NCBI GenBank assembly: GCA_964651735.1
Contig: CAZYYU010000006.1
Coordinates: 31,945 to 95,944, forward strand
Direction: 5' to 3'
DNA: 64,000 nucleotides
Origin: an uncultured Gammaproteobacteria bacterium
Lineage (GTDB): Bacteria > Pseudomonadota > Gammaproteobacteria > CAZYYU01
In this document: piece after piece, positions 29,141-39,571 of the stretch
Position numbering within the stretch: position 1 is the stretch's first letter
Layout: the number at the start of each line of letters is the position of its first letter
Notes under the pieces: model-generated
Databases searched by the model: none
What the model saw: the letters and a program-made list of their open reading frames with translations, nothing else
What the model was told of the DNA's origin: nothing
Program-made: the position numbers and the translations under genes

Positions 29141-29165
29141 CCCTCCCCCGCTGAAAGCGGGAAGG
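29141..29165 (+). repeat. Short GC-rich hairpin, possibly a degenerate relative of the GC-rich module
   Basis: ccctcccccgc-tgaaa-gcgggaagg lies in the divergent promoter region between 29072(-) and dusA. Confidence 0.3.
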
Positions 29166-29193
29166 AATATAAATTTGCAATTTTTACATAAAA

Positions 29194-30174
29194 ATGTACA
29201 CTAAAACCATGATGACCCGAGTAATTAGCATAGCCCCCATGATGAAATGCACTGATAGGCATTTTCGTTATCTTATGCGTTTGATCACCAAAGATGCGCT
29301 CATGTACACAGAAATGATCACGATGGATGCTATATTGCATGGGAATAAAGAGTGGTTACTGGGTTATGATCCACTTGAGCATCCCTTGGCTATACAGCTT
29401 GGAGGGAGCGATCCAAAAAAATTGGCTGAATGCGCAGGTATATCAGAGAGCTACGGTTATCGAGAAGTGAATCTTAATGTGGGATGTCCCAGTGACCGTG
29501 TGAGGGCAGGTAGCTTTGGCGCTTGTTTAATGAAAGACCCTGGATTGGTTGCAGAATGTGTGTCCGCCATGAAATCCAGTGTAAAAATTCCAGTGACGGT
29601 AAAATGTCGAATTGGTGTGGATGAATGTGATAGTTATGAGCATTTACATCACTTTGTAAAACAACTGGTCGATACAGGCCTAGATGGATTAATTGTTCAT
29701 GCTAGAAAAGCCTGGTTAAATGGATTAAGTCCCAAAGATAATCGCACAATTCCACCTTTACGTTATGATATTGTTTATCAATTAAAAAATGATTTTCCAT
29801 TACTGCCTATTTCAATTAATGGTGGAATTAATACTTTGGATGAAGTGAGTGAACATTTAGCAAAAGTCGATGGTGTGATGATCGGAAGAGCAGCATACAA
29901 TAATCCCTTTATTTTAGAGGATCTAGATCATTTATTTTTTAATAGAATAAAAACTCAAAAAACACGCTTAGCAGTGTTAGAAGATTATTTACCTTATATG
30001 TTTAAACAAGTATCGCAAGGGATTAGTTTGCATAAACTGACAAAACATATGCTCGGTATTTTTCATGGAATGCCAAATGGAAAAAACTGGCGACGCTTGT
30101 TGAGCACTGAATTGCCTTTCACTCAAAATCCTGAGGCATTTTTGAATGCAACATTGCAAGGGCAATATCAATGA
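29194..30174 (+). CDS. dusA: tRNA-dihydrouridine synthase A
   Basis: ISIAPMMKCTDRHFRY, NLNVGCP and VHARKAWL motifs. 326 aa. Confidence 0.93.
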   Translation: MYTKTMMTRVISIAPMMKCTDRHFRYLMRLITKDALMYTEMITMDAILHGNKEWLLGYDPLEHPLAIQLGGSDPKKLAECAGISESYGYREVNLNVGCPSDRVRAGSFGACLMKDPGLVAECVSAMKSSVKIPVTVKCRIGVDECDSYEHLHHFVKQLVDTGLDGLIVHARKAWLNGLSPKDNRTIPPLRYDIVYQLKNDFPLLPISINGGINTLDEVSEHLAKVDGVMIGRAAYNNPFILEDLDHLFFNRIKTQKTRLAVLEDYLPYMFKQVSQGISLHKLTKHMLGIFHGMPNGKNWRRLLSTELPFTQNPEAFLNATLQGQYQ

Positions 30175-30198
30175 ATGTAGTGTATAATTATCATATTA

Positions 30199-30945
30199 AT
30201 GTTAGTTAGGGTAAGAACTATGGCTGCTCTCAGATGTTTTATTACAAATAAGTTGCTAAACCCAAAAGACCTACGTCGTGGGGATCTGGTGAGGAAAGAA
30301 ATTTTTGATCTAATTCAAAAGGATTACCCTGGATTCTCTGAGGAATCATATATCAGCATGGTTGAGCTCAATCGATATCGCAAACTGTACATCTCGCATC
30401 TTATTGCATCACTCACCACGCATCACGATGGACTTGAGAAAGAGGTAGAAGAGGCTCTCGATAAACACGGAATTTTATCCGAGAATATTGAAGAAGAAAT
30501 AGAACAAAAGCTCACCTTCAGTCAAAGATTGTCAGATAATATTGCTCGATTTGGCGGAAGCTGGGCATTCATTGGGATTTACTTTGCCTTTATTTTCGTG
30601 TGGATAGGAATCAATACATGGACATATAAAACACAAACCTTTGATCCATATCCTTATATTCTACTTAATTTAATATTATCTTGTATCGCAGCTGTTCAAG
30701 CACCGATAATTATGATGAGTCAAAATCGCTTAGAAGAAAAAGACAGAAGGCGAGGTGAGTACGATTATAAAATTAATCTCAAAGCAGAATTAGAAATTCG
30801 AGTGTTGAATGAAAAAATTAATCACATCATTAATCAACAAAATAAAAAACTCATGGAAATACAAGATCTACAAGCGGATTACCTGGCTGATATTTTACAA
30901 TCCTTAGAAAAGAAAATACCCAAAGAGAAACTAAAGGTTGATTGA
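30199..30945 (+). CDS. DUF1003-domain membrane protein
   Basis: FGGSWAFIGIYF..DPYPYILLNLILSCIAAVQAPIIMMSQNR is the DUF1003 core. An alternative start lies at ATG 30220. Confidence 0.8.
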   Translation: MLVRVRTMAALRCFITNKLLNPKDLRRGDLVRKEIFDLIQKDYPGFSEESYISMVELNRYRKLYISHLIASLTTHHDGLEKEVEEALDKHGILSENIEEEIEQKLTFSQRLSDNIARFGGSWAFIGIYFAFIFVWIGINTWTYKTQTFDPYPYILLNLILSCIAAVQAPIIMMSQNRLEEKDRRRGEYDYKINLKAELEIRVLNEKINHIINQQNKKLMEIQDLQADYLADILQSLEKKIPKEKLKVD

Positions 30946-30947
30946 TA

Positions 30948-31020
<73 letters not shown>

Positions 31021-31073
31021 ATCGTTGGAAAGACAAGTTGCCTATTAAAGCTGCAAAATGATGATCGGTCAAG

Positions 31074-31520
31074 TTATAGATAGCAAAGAAAGCCCCAACT
31101 ACAATTATTATTGATTTTAAAGCACTTTTTAGCATCTACTATGGTTTCATTGTCTTGGTCTGTCACGGTTACATGAATGTTGTACCAGCCATCTGGCATG
31201 GTGGTCGAAGTAATTACATTTTTGTGTATAGTCAGCAAATCATCCTTTTTGATAGGGCACCGTCCATTGGATAATTGGGTGCATAAATTTTGGGTGATAT
31301 CGTAAATGACTCCTCCATAAAGTGTTACAGTGGTATGGATTTGACCACTAAGGATATCCTTGTCCGTTTTGCCAGATATATCTAAAGACAGTGTGTCGCC
31401 AGGTTTAGTCATCAATCGGGGAGAAATTGATATTCCATAAACTTTTATCTCTGCAAAAAGAGAATTGCTGACTAATAAAAGTAGTGATGCCATGCAACTT
31501 TTTATAAGTAATTTCAACAT
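31074..31520 (-). CDS. Secreted ML-domain-like (MD-2/NPC2-type lipid-recognition) protein
   Basis: Signal peptide ..LLLLVSNSLFA with SD aggaag. NLCTQLSNGRCPIKKDDLLTIHKNV....MPDGWYNIHVTVTDQDNETIVDAKKCFKI parallels NPC2 DGC..G.NCPIQKDKTY......P..K..VEW.L.D......FCWEIPV.I. Confidence 0.6.
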   Translation of the reverse strand: MLKLLIKSCMASLLLLVSNSLFAEIKVYGISISPRLMTKPGDTLSLDISGKTDKDILSGQIHTTVTLYGGVIYDITQNLCTQLSNGRCPIKKDDLLTIHKNVITSTTMPDGWYNIHVTVTDQDNETIVDAKKCFKINNNCSWGFLCYL

Positions 31521-31598
31521 TCCTGACTTCCTTGAGGTTGATTAAGCCGCATTATATCGTTAAGAGTCTAAATTCACAATTCGTATCGGTTAGCTAAT

Positions 31599-31835
31599 TC
31601 ACTTATCTCCAAAAAGAAATCTTTGCATCTCTTTTTCCAAAAATTCACGAGATTTAGGATCAACCAAACTGAGACGGTATTCATTGATCAACATCGTTTG
31701 ATGAGCTAACCACATTCCCCAAGCTTTTTGACTGATATTTTCATAAATATTTTTTCCGATCTCACCCGGGTAGGGAATATAATCCAAGCCTTCTAATTCC
31801 TCATTTAGTTTTTTACAAAAAACTTTATTTGTCAT
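31599..31835 (-). CDS. yggX: Fe(2+)-trafficking / oxidative-damage protection protein YggX
   Basis: 78 aa. [43 protein letters not shown] fits YggX. Lies downstream of mutY. Confidence 0.92.
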   Translation of the reverse strand: MTNKVFCKKLNEELEGLDYIPYPGEIGKNIYENISQKAWGMWLAHQTMLINEYRLSLVDPKSREFLEKEMQRFLFGDK

Positions 31836-32884
31836 AGTGATACCTCTAATACTTTGAGTAATTTATTGACCGGGGCTGCCACGCCACCTGGCAAACTATT
31901 GCTTAATTTATACCAAATTACCGCCTGTGAATCCATGATTTTATGTGATTTTGTGGTGCTTCGGATAATGACTGGAGTGATATCCAGATGAAAATGGCTA
32001 AAGGTGTGTCTAAAAAGTTCAAGTGATTCAATACTATTAACAGAACAATTAAAGTGATTTTTAGGTATGGTCTCAGCCATGTCTAGGCTATCTGCTTCAG
32101 GGAAGGTCCAAAGTCCCCCCCAAATTCCAGTAGGCGGTCTTTTTTGAAGTAAAAGCTCATTATGTTGATTGAGTATCATTAAAAAATATTTATGTCGAAC
32201 CGGTATGGCAGATTTAGATTTTTTATGTGGATAGGCTGCAGGTGTACCCAATTTATAAGCCTCGCAGTTTTTTTGTAGTGGGCAACTGTGGCACTTTGGT
32301 TTGGATCGAGTGCAAATCATTGCGCCTAAATCCATCATAGCTTGAGTGTAGGCTTTGAAGTTTTTTTGAGGAGTGTATTTTTCTGCGATTTCCCAGAGTT
32401 TATTAGAGACCTCAGTTTTGCCAGGCCATCCTTCTATGGCGTGAACACGGCAAAGTACGCGTTTAACATTGCCATCTAAAATGGGTGCTGGTTCATTCAA
32501 GGATAAGGACAAGATAGCACCTGCCGTTGAACGCCCTATACCGGGAAGGTTTTCTAAGTCTTCAAGGGTGTGTGGAAATTTGCCCTTGTAGATATCAACG
32601 ATTTTTTTTGCACAAGCATGTAAATTTCTGGCTCTGGCATAATACCCAAGACCGCTCCATAAATTCATGACTTTATCACTTGGGGCTTTTGCCAGTGAGA
32701 AAACATCAGGAAATTCACTCATAAATTTTTGGAAATAGGGAATGACGGTGGTCACTTGAGTTTGTTGCAACATAATTTCTGATACCCAAACACGGTAGGG
32801 CGAAATGTCTTGCTGCCAGGGCAAATCCTTTCTACCGTATTTTTCATACCAGGCTAATACTTGAGCTGCAAAGTTTTTAATCAT
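31832..32884 (-). CDS. mutY: A/G-specific adenine DNA glycosylase MutY
   Basis: HhH-GPD ([12 protein letters not shown]) and a 4Fe-4S cluster loop [15 protein letters not shown]. 350 aa. Confidence 0.95.
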   Translation of the reverse strand: MIKNFAAQVLAWYEKYGRKDLPWQQDISPYRVWVSEIMLQQTQVTTVIPYFQKFMSEFPDVFSLAKAPSDKVMNLWSGLGYYARARNLHACAKKIVDIYKGKFPHTLEDLENLPGIGRSTAGAILSLSLNEPAPILDGNVKRVLCRVHAIEGWPGKTEVSNKLWEIAEKYTPQKNFKAYTQAMMDLGAMICTRSKPKCHSCPLQKNCEAYKLGTPAAYPHKKSKSAIPVRHKYFLMILNQHNELLLQKRPPTGIWGGLWTFPEADSLDMAETIPKNHFNCSVNSIESLELFRHTFSHFHLDITPVIIRSTTKSHKIMDSQAVIWYKLSNSLPGGVAAPVNKLLKVLEVSL

Positions 32885-32886
32885 CT

Positions 32887-34869
32887 TTAAAAGGGTAAGG
32901 CTTTTCTAATAGATTCAATCGTATCACCCAATGGCCTTTCAGCGGCTTTTTCAATTTGCTTAATCAGTTGCTTTTTTGCGGCTGCTTTTGAAAGTTCAAC
33001 CACATTGAGTTTGACATTAAACTCATCAAAAGTACCGGTGATTGTAACGGGAATTTCGTAATCACTTAAATCCATATGCAATATTTCAGTATTAATATCA
33101 ATAGATTTTTTGGATTTTAGCTTGAGATTATAGTCTATGGCTTTGCTCACTAAATTGGTGGCTCCATCAGCACTTACTTTAAAAGTAGGGGATTCTAAAA
33201 GCACTTGAGAGTTGTAAACAACTCCATTTTTTATAGTGGCGACGCTGCTCAAAGTAGAATAGGGAGTTTTACCGCGATCCTTAGCTGCATTATCTGATCG
33301 TTGGATGAGCGAAGCCGCTCGTTGCAATTGATAATCTAAATCTACCCCTTGAATCTCACCATTTCGGCTCACAAAATTAATATTACCATTAAGATTATTG
33401 ACCTCACCTTGAACACGTAAATTTGCTTGAACATTTGCAGTTCCCGAAATTTTTGATTCGCCAATTAACAGTTTTTCAGCAGCGGAAATATTGATGCCAC
33501 TTAAATTTTGATTAATTTGAATAACTGGCTCTTTAGTTTTTGTGCTAATAGAAGCAGACCCTGTAGTAGTACCGCCGAAAATGCCGGCGACAATATTCGT
33601 TAAATTAAGCACCTCATCTTCATAACTTAAATTACTACTAAAACGATCAAATTGAATTTTATCAGCAATAATAGTACCAAAAGAGAGTTTTCCATTCGCT
33701 TTGAAATTTGAGTTACTCTGATTTTTTGCACCTTGATCGGCGGTCTTCGTAGATTCAGATGCCATTTTATATTTATTTAAAGAAATTTGATTGCCAATAA
33801 TAGTAAAATTCAAAAGACTATTAACCATATTCCATCTGAGAGAGCCTGTAAATTTTGTCTGGTCTATAGTGCCACGTATATTATCTAATTGGATGACATT
33901 AGGTATTATCGTTAAATCCATGGATATTAAGGCTGAAGATAATGCATCACTCGATGCAGTGTGAATAGGGTAACCCAGAGAAGTGGCTACATTTTTAAGG
34001 TTAAAATTTTCAGTATCTAGATGTCCTATAATATTAGGGGTGCTAAATACTTTGCTTCCCTGAATATTACCCACTGCTTTGAAACTGGGCAGTTGAATAT
34101 GAAATGGTTTTAAAACGAGTTGTTCTGATTTGAAATTTAATTCAGCATCGCCCGAAATTTTCGTATCTTTTTTACCCTGAATAGTCAAACGATAGTCTCT
34201 TAACACTAAAAGTTCATCCTCTGAGTGGAATTCAACATTTCCGGCAAAAATATAATGGGAGTTGTCATAGTTGAAATCTGCATTTAATTTAAAGGGCTTT
34301 TCAAGTTGCATGTTTTTCGTGGAAAAATTAAGTTTTGTCAGGCTTGTGATTTTATGCTCAGGTATGTTGTTGTATTTAATGTTAGCGTTTTGAATAAGAA
34401 TTTTTGAAATATCCACACTGTATTTTTGAGCAGTGGCTGTTTCAGTCTCTTCATTTTTTGCACTCTTAGATTTCTCAAGAGTCCAATTATTTTCTGAAGC
34501 GTTATTTTTAGTGAGATTAATGTCTACATCACTCATCAGTATCTCATCAATTTTAATCTGTTTAGAAAAAAGTGGCCTTAATTGGACACTCACGATAATT
34601 TTTTTGGCGTTGATGAGAGGCTCATTTGGAAAATTTGGCTTATTTTTTAGTATAACGTGTTCAGCCGAAACGCCTAAGAGGGGATACAGAGTCCACTTGA
34701 GTTCACCTTCTATCGCTAATTCTTGGCCACTTTGTTCTGCTACCATTTTTGTTAAATAAGGTTTTATATTGTTAGGATTGATGAAAATCGTAACTGCAGC
34801 AAAGGCAAGCCCAGCGATCACTACTAATGAGAGTAGTATCCATACTAGTATTTTAAGGATTTTTTTCAT
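32887..34869 (-). CDS. asmA: AsmA-family outer-membrane biogenesis protein
   Basis: N-terminal membrane anchor and long beta-rich repetitive body. 660 aa, with typical AsmA N-terminal and C-terminal regions. Confidence 0.75.
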   Translation of the reverse strand: MKKILKILVWILLSLVVIAGLAFAAVTIFINPNNIKPYLTKMVAEQSGQELAIEGELKWTLYPLLGVSAEHVILKNKPNFPNEPLINAKKIIVSVQLRPLFSKQIKIDEILMSDVDINLTKNNASENNWTLEKSKSAKNEETETATAQKYSVDISKILIQNANIKYNNIPEHKITSLTKLNFSTKNMQLEKPFKLNADFNYDNSHYIFAGNVEFHSEDELLVLRDYRLTIQGKKDTKISGDAELNFKSEQLVLKPFHIQLPSFKAVGNIQGSKVFSTPNIIGHLDTENFNLKNVATSLGYPIHTASSDALSSALISMDLTIIPNVIQLDNIRGTIDQTKFTGSLRWNMVNSLLNFTIIGNQISLNKYKMASESTKTADQGAKNQSNSNFKANGKLSFGTIIADKIQFDRFSSNLSYEDEVLNLTNIVAGIFGGTTTGSASISTKTKEPVIQINQNLSGINISAAEKLLIGESKISGTANVQANLRVQGEVNNLNGNINFVSRNGEIQGVDLDYQLQRAASLIQRSDNAAKDRGKTPYSTLSSVATIKNGVVYNSQVLLESPTFKVSADGATNLVSKAIDYNLKLKSKKSIDINTEILHMDLSDYEIPVTITGTFDEFNVKLNVVELSKAAAKKQLIKQIEKAAERPLGDTIESIRKALPF

Positions 34870-34914
34870 AGCGATTTCCTTGTCCTAAAAAACAATTATG
34901 CTACTCTATATCCC

Positions 34915-35601
34915 ATGAATGAACAACATCACCGACCCATACGAAGCTTTGTTCGTAGAGAAGGTAAAATCACCAAAAGTCAACGCAATGCTTTGAACGA
35001 GCTTTTGCCTCTCTATGCTATTCAACTAGAGCCGGGTCAATTACTCGATGTGAAATCGATTTTTAAGCGCGAAGCCCCTCTGAGCATAGAGATAGGTTTT
35101 GGGAATGGAGAGGCCATATTTGAACTGGCCAAATCTCAGCCTGAAAAAGACTTTATCGGTATAGAGGTTTACCGTCCGGGTGTTGGCGCTTTATTACAGA
35201 AAATCGCAGAAGCCCAGCTCAAAAACCTTCGAGTGATCGTTGAGGATGCTACGGTGGTTTTTAATGAGTATCTACCCGATGAAAGCCTAGAGTGTGTGAT
35301 GCTTTATTTCCCCGATCCTTGGCATAAACAACGCCATAAAAAACGCCGCATCATACGTTCCGATTTCATAAATATAGTTGTAAAAAAGCTAAAATGTAAT
35401 GGAATATGGGCCTTGGCCACTGATTGGGAAGATTATGCTTTACAAATGCTCAAAGAAATATCATCATGTAATAAATTGCGTAACATGGCTCCAAGTGGGG
35501 AGTTTTCTCAACGAAATGCGTTGAGGCCGATGACAAAATTTGAAAAACGTGGAAAGCGATTAGGGCATGGAGTTTGGGATCTGGTGTTCCAAAAATTATA
35601 G
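34915..35601 (+). CDS. trmB: tRNA (guanine46-N7)-methyltransferase
   Basis: IEIGFGNGEAIFELA..DFIGIEV and FPDPWHKQRHKKRR motifs. 228 aa. Confidence 0.95.
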   Translation: MNEQHHRPIRSFVRREGKITKSQRNALNELLPLYAIQLEPGQLLDVKSIFKREAPLSIEIGFGNGEAIFELAKSQPEKDFIGIEVYRPGVGALLQKIAEAQLKNLRVIVEDATVVFNEYLPDESLECVMLYFPDPWHKQRHKKRRIIRSDFINIVVKKLKCNGIWALATDWEDYALQMLKEISSCNKLRNMAPSGEFSQRNALRPMTKFEKRGKRLGHGVWDLVFQKL

Positions 35602-35610
35602 AGGAATAAC

Positions 35611-35985
35611 ATGAGAAAAGTAGCCTTATTGATGTTGTTAATTCCATTGTATTCATCTGCATTTACTTCGGCAGCAGAAGGATACGAGTACGTGGCCCGA
35701 CGTTGCAAAAATATCGAATGCACCTCAGAAATGATCAGAATGATCGATGACCAAATCTCCGCATTACTCGTTAAACGCAATGCATTTGTTAAGGTTCAAG
35801 CCGAGATGAGGGCAGGGGATGTGCTAGCGCCAAAAACTCTGCGAACGCCTGAACAGCAGGCCCAAGGTGTAGCCAACCGAGCCAAAGCACAAGGTTACAG
35901 TCCCGGTGCAGCTGACAAGATTTTTAATGCGATTCATGAAGAATCCAATGCATATGAACAAAAGATAATGGAAGAAAATAAATAG
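35611..35985 (+). CDS. Small secreted AroQ (type II) chorismate-mutase-like protein
   Basis: Signal peptide MRKVALLMLLIPLYSSAFTSAA. IRMIDDQISALLVKRNAFV ... FNAIHEESNAYEQ aligns by eye with the E. coli PheA CM domain ([23 protein letters not shown] ... FQLIIEDSVLTQQ). Confidence 0.45.
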   Translation: MRKVALLMLLIPLYSSAFTSAAEGYEYVARRCKNIECTSEMIRMIDDQISALLVKRNAFVKVQAEMRAGDVLAPKTLRTPEQQAQGVANRAKAQGYSPGAADKIFNAIHEESNAYEQKIMEENK

Positions 35986-36006
35986 TTTTTAATAAGAGGT
36001 ATTATT

Positions 36007-38103
36007 ATGTTAAAAGAAGTTCACGATTCAGAAGCAAGCTCAAGCTCTAGCACAGGTGGTAAGCGATCAACCTACGCAAGCTTATCTTCACAATTAGCTG
36101 TGACTGATGGAATGATGTTGGCAGAAGATCATCCTTTATATCCAGTCTCTCAACTCGATGTCATAGACCCTAGAGTGTTAGAACATCCGATTTTTGAAAA
36201 TTATACTATCGATCATACCGAACTCTGTAAAATGCTCGTGAAATATAACCGAGTACCTGGCCGTGCTAAAATTGATCTGCCTTGGCAAGTGATTTGTTTA
36301 ATGGCGAATGGTGGAATCACCTCTTCTAGTTTTAGAACCTCATTTGATCAAAACAAGATTATTACTGATTTAATTTATCAGGCCTATGTGAATTTAGATG
36401 AAGATCAAAAAACCGATGCCTTCGGTCAAAATCCCATTCATTTTCTTGCCTTAGCGGCCAATAAAGAAATTTATGATGCTGTTTGTAAATCAAAATGCGC
36501 CGATAAAACTGCACTGAATAATAATGGATGCAGTGTCATTGGTTATGCTGCTTTGAGTTGTGTAGGCAAAGATCGCCATATGTTGAGTCATTTGGCTGAT
36601 AAAAAAGGACATAATCTTTCACGTGAGGAATTTGTAGATGCTCAAGGAAATCGCTTGCTGCATTATTTAGCCAGAGCAGGTGCAATTGATGTGATGATTC
36701 ACTTTATTCGCGCTGATAGTGATGTCTTTGATGTTGATGCGAATAATCAAGAAGGATATGCACCTTTACATCTGTTATTACTTTTTGGACATGTTGAAGC
36801 CTTTAAAGTGGCTTTTGACAAATTTAAAACACTCGACTCTTATGAGAAAACTCAAGGCTCAGGAATGAATTTTGCTCACTGTGCTGCGGCATCAGGTAGT
36901 GAAGATGGGATTCGCTTTGTTTGCGAAAAATTCCCTGATTTACGTCAAACAAAAGACGATAATGGTGCGACCATTGGTCTACATGGTGTGCGATCAGGGT
37001 CTAAAGATTTCATTAGATTTTTAGGCGCAGAAGGTTATGGCTTGGATGCGGTAGATAATAGAGGCTATGGTGCATTTGAATATGCTGTGGCTTATAACAA
37101 GACGCATTTAATTTCCACTATTCAAAGCAAAGGTATTAGTCATCGTTTGCCACCTTTGCGTGTTGCTGCTGAAAATGGTCAATGTGAAGCCTTTGATAAA
37201 TTGCTCAAGATGTTTAAATCTCTTGATGTGATGAAAACCGATAAAGAAGGTCTATATCCTATTCAATATGCCAAAGATGATAAAACACGCCGACATATTG
37301 CTAAACAGATGGTGAAGAATTTGCTCGATGAGGTCAATCCTTTTGGAACTAAACATAAGCTTGCTGAGTGGGATGAAACTAATCCCTCTGTGACTAAAAC
37401 ATTGCAAAAATATTTAGATGATTTATTCACTAAAGCGGGATCATGGATACCAAAAGAACGCGTTCAAGCTTTTATTAAGAAGATCGAAGCCTTTGATCTT
37501 AATAAAGAAGTGGATGGAGATCAAAAATCTCAAGCGGGTTCTCAAAAACAAGCCACAAAAACTACGGCCTTAAGAGAGTCTAGCGGAAGTCATGATGAAG
37601 CGTCTTATGAATTGGTTGAAGAAAATAATATAGAGAAGTTGTTAAGTGCGCTTAAAGAAGAAATGGTAGAAATCTTAGTATTGCGCGCGAAGAAATCCTT
37701 TGAAGATCGTGCTTCAAATAAAGGCGCACATCATAAAGACTTTATCGGAGAATACATTAGATTTCTGCATGCGTGTCATCAACGATTAGATCCAAACGTA
37801 GAAATTAGTGATGAAGATAAAAAGGTCCTCACTACAAAAGAAGCCATAGTGCAAACCGCAAGGGAATTTAAAGATGCTATTGGTGATAAAGCGACCCAGT
37901 TAAGAGATGATTTTGTTGCAAAGAATCCTAAAGCAGCTGAGAAGATAGGTGGCGCAGTAGATAAAATTGTTGAAATTAAAGACCGTGCTGTACAAGCCTA
38001 TGAGGCGAAGAAGAAGAAAGGAGGAGAGCCAGCTACAGATATTCTGGAGTTTGCTCAGTCAGATGGTAGTGGAAGTAATCCATTTGATGACCACAGTAAT
38101 TGA
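36007..38103 (+). CDS. Large ankyrin-repeat protein (effector-like)
   Basis: 698 aa with multiple ANK units (GQNPIHFLALAANKEIYDAV, GNRLLHYLARAGAIDVM, GYAPLHLLLLFGHVEAF, MNFAHCAAASGSEDGIRF, ...). Charged helical C-terminal half and an acidic C-terminus. Confidence 0.88.
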   Translation: MLKEVHDSEASSSSSTGGKRSTYASLSSQLAVTDGMMLAEDHPLYPVSQLDVIDPRVLEHPIFENYTIDHTELCKMLVKYNRVPGRAKIDLPWQVICLMANGGITSSSFRTSFDQNKIITDLIYQAYVNLDEDQKTDAFGQNPIHFLALAANKEIYDAVCKSKCADKTALNNNGCSVIGYAALSCVGKDRHMLSHLADKKGHNLSREEFVDAQGNRLLHYLARAGAIDVMIHFIRADSDVFDVDANNQEGYAPLHLLLLFGHVEAFKVAFDKFKTLDSYEKTQGSGMNFAHCAAASGSEDGIRFVCEKFPDLRQTKDDNGATIGLHGVRSGSKDFIRFLGAEGYGLDAVDNRGYGAFEYAVAYNKTHLISTIQSKGISHRLPPLRVAAENGQCEAFDKLLKMFKSLDVMKTDKEGLYPIQYAKDDKTRRHIAKQMVKNLLDEVNPFGTKHKLAEWDETNPSVTKTLQKYLDDLFTKAGSWIPKERVQAFIKKIEAFDLNKEVDGDQKSQAGSQKQATKTTALRESSGSHDEASYELVEENNIEKLLSALKEEMVEILVLRAKKSFEDRASNKGAHHKDFIGEYIRFLHACHQRLDPNVEISDEDKKVLTTKEAIVQTAREFKDAIGDKATQLRDDFVAKNPKAAEKIGGAVDKIVEIKDRAVQAYEAKKKKGGEPATDILEFAQSDGSGSNPFDDHSN

Positions 38104-38168
38104 TTTCTCGATGACAAGGGCTCGGACTTGATATATTTACTCTGTCCAGTAAAATGGATCTTTCGTAC

Positions 38169-38242
38169 GGGCCCATAGCTCAGTTGGTTAGAGCAGAGGA
38201 CTCATAATCCTTTGGTCCTAGGTTCAAGTCCTAGTGGGCCCA
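38169..38242 (+). tRNA. tRNA with CAU anticodon, most like the lysidine-modified tRNA-Ile2 (ileX type); elongator tRNA-Met not excluded
   Basis: GGGCCCATAGCTCAGTTGGTTAGAGCAGAGGACTCATAATCCTTTGGTCCTAGGTTCAAGTCCTAGTGGGCCCA. It shares the GACTCATAATC..TTGGTC..GGTTCAAGTCC features of E. coli ileX, from memory. Confidence 0.9.
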
Positions 38243-38264
38243 GATCTCCAGGAGGGAGAAGCAT

Positions 38265-39278
38265 TTGATTCAAACTACTTTCAACATTGCTGATGAAATA
38301 GTTCTGCCTGGAACTAAAAAAGTTATTTTATTTCCCGCACCCAATCTCAACAACCAAGCAAAAATTAATGTACCTGTGCATGTTTTTCACGGTAAAAAAC
38401 GTGGACCTCAATTATTTATTTTAAGTGGTATTCATGGTGATGAATTAAATGGAATTGAAATTATTCGCAGGTTACATAAGCATATTCATACTGATCATTT
38501 ATCCGGAACCTTAATAACTTTACCCATGGTTAATATTCATGGTCTTATGGTGCAAAAACGCTATTTTACCGATAGACGTGATTTGAATAGAACTTTTCCC
38601 GGTAAGGAAACAGGTACACTCGCCTCACGATTTGCTCACGGAATTATGCATCATATTGTCAAAGGATCTGATTATGGCATTGATTTACATACCGGTGCGG
38701 TAGGGCACACAAATATGCCACAAATTCGTGTGGATTTTAGTGTGACAGGTGCTAAAAAATTTGCTCAAAGTTTTGCACCGCCCATTATTCTTGAAGCAGA
38801 CACCCCTACACGATCTTTGCGGGAGGCTGCGAGTAAACTGGATATTCCCGTAATAGTCTATGAAGGTGGAGAAGCATTACGATACAGTGAAATCTGCATC
38901 CGCGAAGGTGTGAGAGGCATTATGCATGCCATGAAATATTTGAAAATGATCGATTTTGTCGAAAGACACATTCCACACAAAACCATCATCGCCAACACCA
39001 GTCGATGGTTACGCGCCCCAGCGAGTGGACTCGTACAACCGGTAGTCGATGTCTTCACCAAAAAAGTAAAAAAAGGCCAATTATTAGCACATATCCATGA
39101 TCCCTTTTTGATTAATCCCACGGTTGATGTCTTAGCACCTTTTGAAGGAATCGTGGTAGGTCAAGCAATGCGCGCCATGGCAACGGAAGGTGATGCGCTT
39201 TATCATATTGCCAGTTCTAAGAAAATGGCAGGGTATAAGCCCTATATTGATGAGTATAGGGATACTGTTAGCTTGTGA
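38265..39278 (+). CDS. Succinylglutamate desuccinylase/aspartoacylase (AstE/AspA, M14-like) family protein
   Basis: SGIHGDELNGIEIIRRL and DLNRTFPG motifs. TTG start with SD ggaggga. Confidence 0.82.
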   Translation: MIQTTFNIADEIVLPGTKKVILFPAPNLNNQAKINVPVHVFHGKKRGPQLFILSGIHGDELNGIEIIRRLHKHIHTDHLSGTLITLPMVNIHGLMVQKRYFTDRRDLNRTFPGKETGTLASRFAHGIMHHIVKGSDYGIDLHTGAVGHTNMPQIRVDFSVTGAKKFAQSFAPPIILEADTPTRSLREAASKLDIPVIVYEGGEALRYSEICIREGVRGIMHAMKYLKMIDFVERHIPHKTIIANTSRWLRAPASGLVQPVVDVFTKKVKKGQLLAHIHDPFLINPTVDVLAPFEGIVVGQAMRAMATEGDALYHIASSKKMAGYKPYIDEYRDTVSL

Positions 39279-39282
39279 TGTA

Positions 39283-39494
39283 GGGGTCAAACCGAGCCTC
39301 TTTATAAGATTTCTAAATAAATCAAGCGCTTAGAGTCTCCTTCATGCGGTGTCAAACAAGGCTTCTTTTTTTCCGGAGAAATAATTATTGCTAATGCTAC
39401 GATCGAACAAAGAAGCGTGGTTTGACACCGCTAGGGATGAGCTTTAACAAGTTGATTTAAATGAGGATTTTTTGAAGAGGCTCGGTTTGACCCC
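39283..39494 (+). mobile_element. MITE-like nested-palindrome element, copy 2 (full length)
   Basis: Outer inverted repeat ggggtcaaaccgagcctctt / aagaggctcggtttgacccc. Inner inverted repeat gcggtgtcaaacaaggcttctt / aagaagcgtggtttgacaccgc. Starts 5 nt after the upstream stop. Confidence 0.85.
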
Positions 39495-39571
39495 TATATT
39501 TTTCCATTTATTGACCTCATTGTCGGTATTGACGATAATGTAATTGTTATCACATTTGATAGGTGTAAACC

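Noticed and set aside
29110-29340. 76-aa minus-strand ORF overlapping the dusA start
   Set aside because: It overlaps the conserved dusA N-terminus and the GC hairpin and has no SD.
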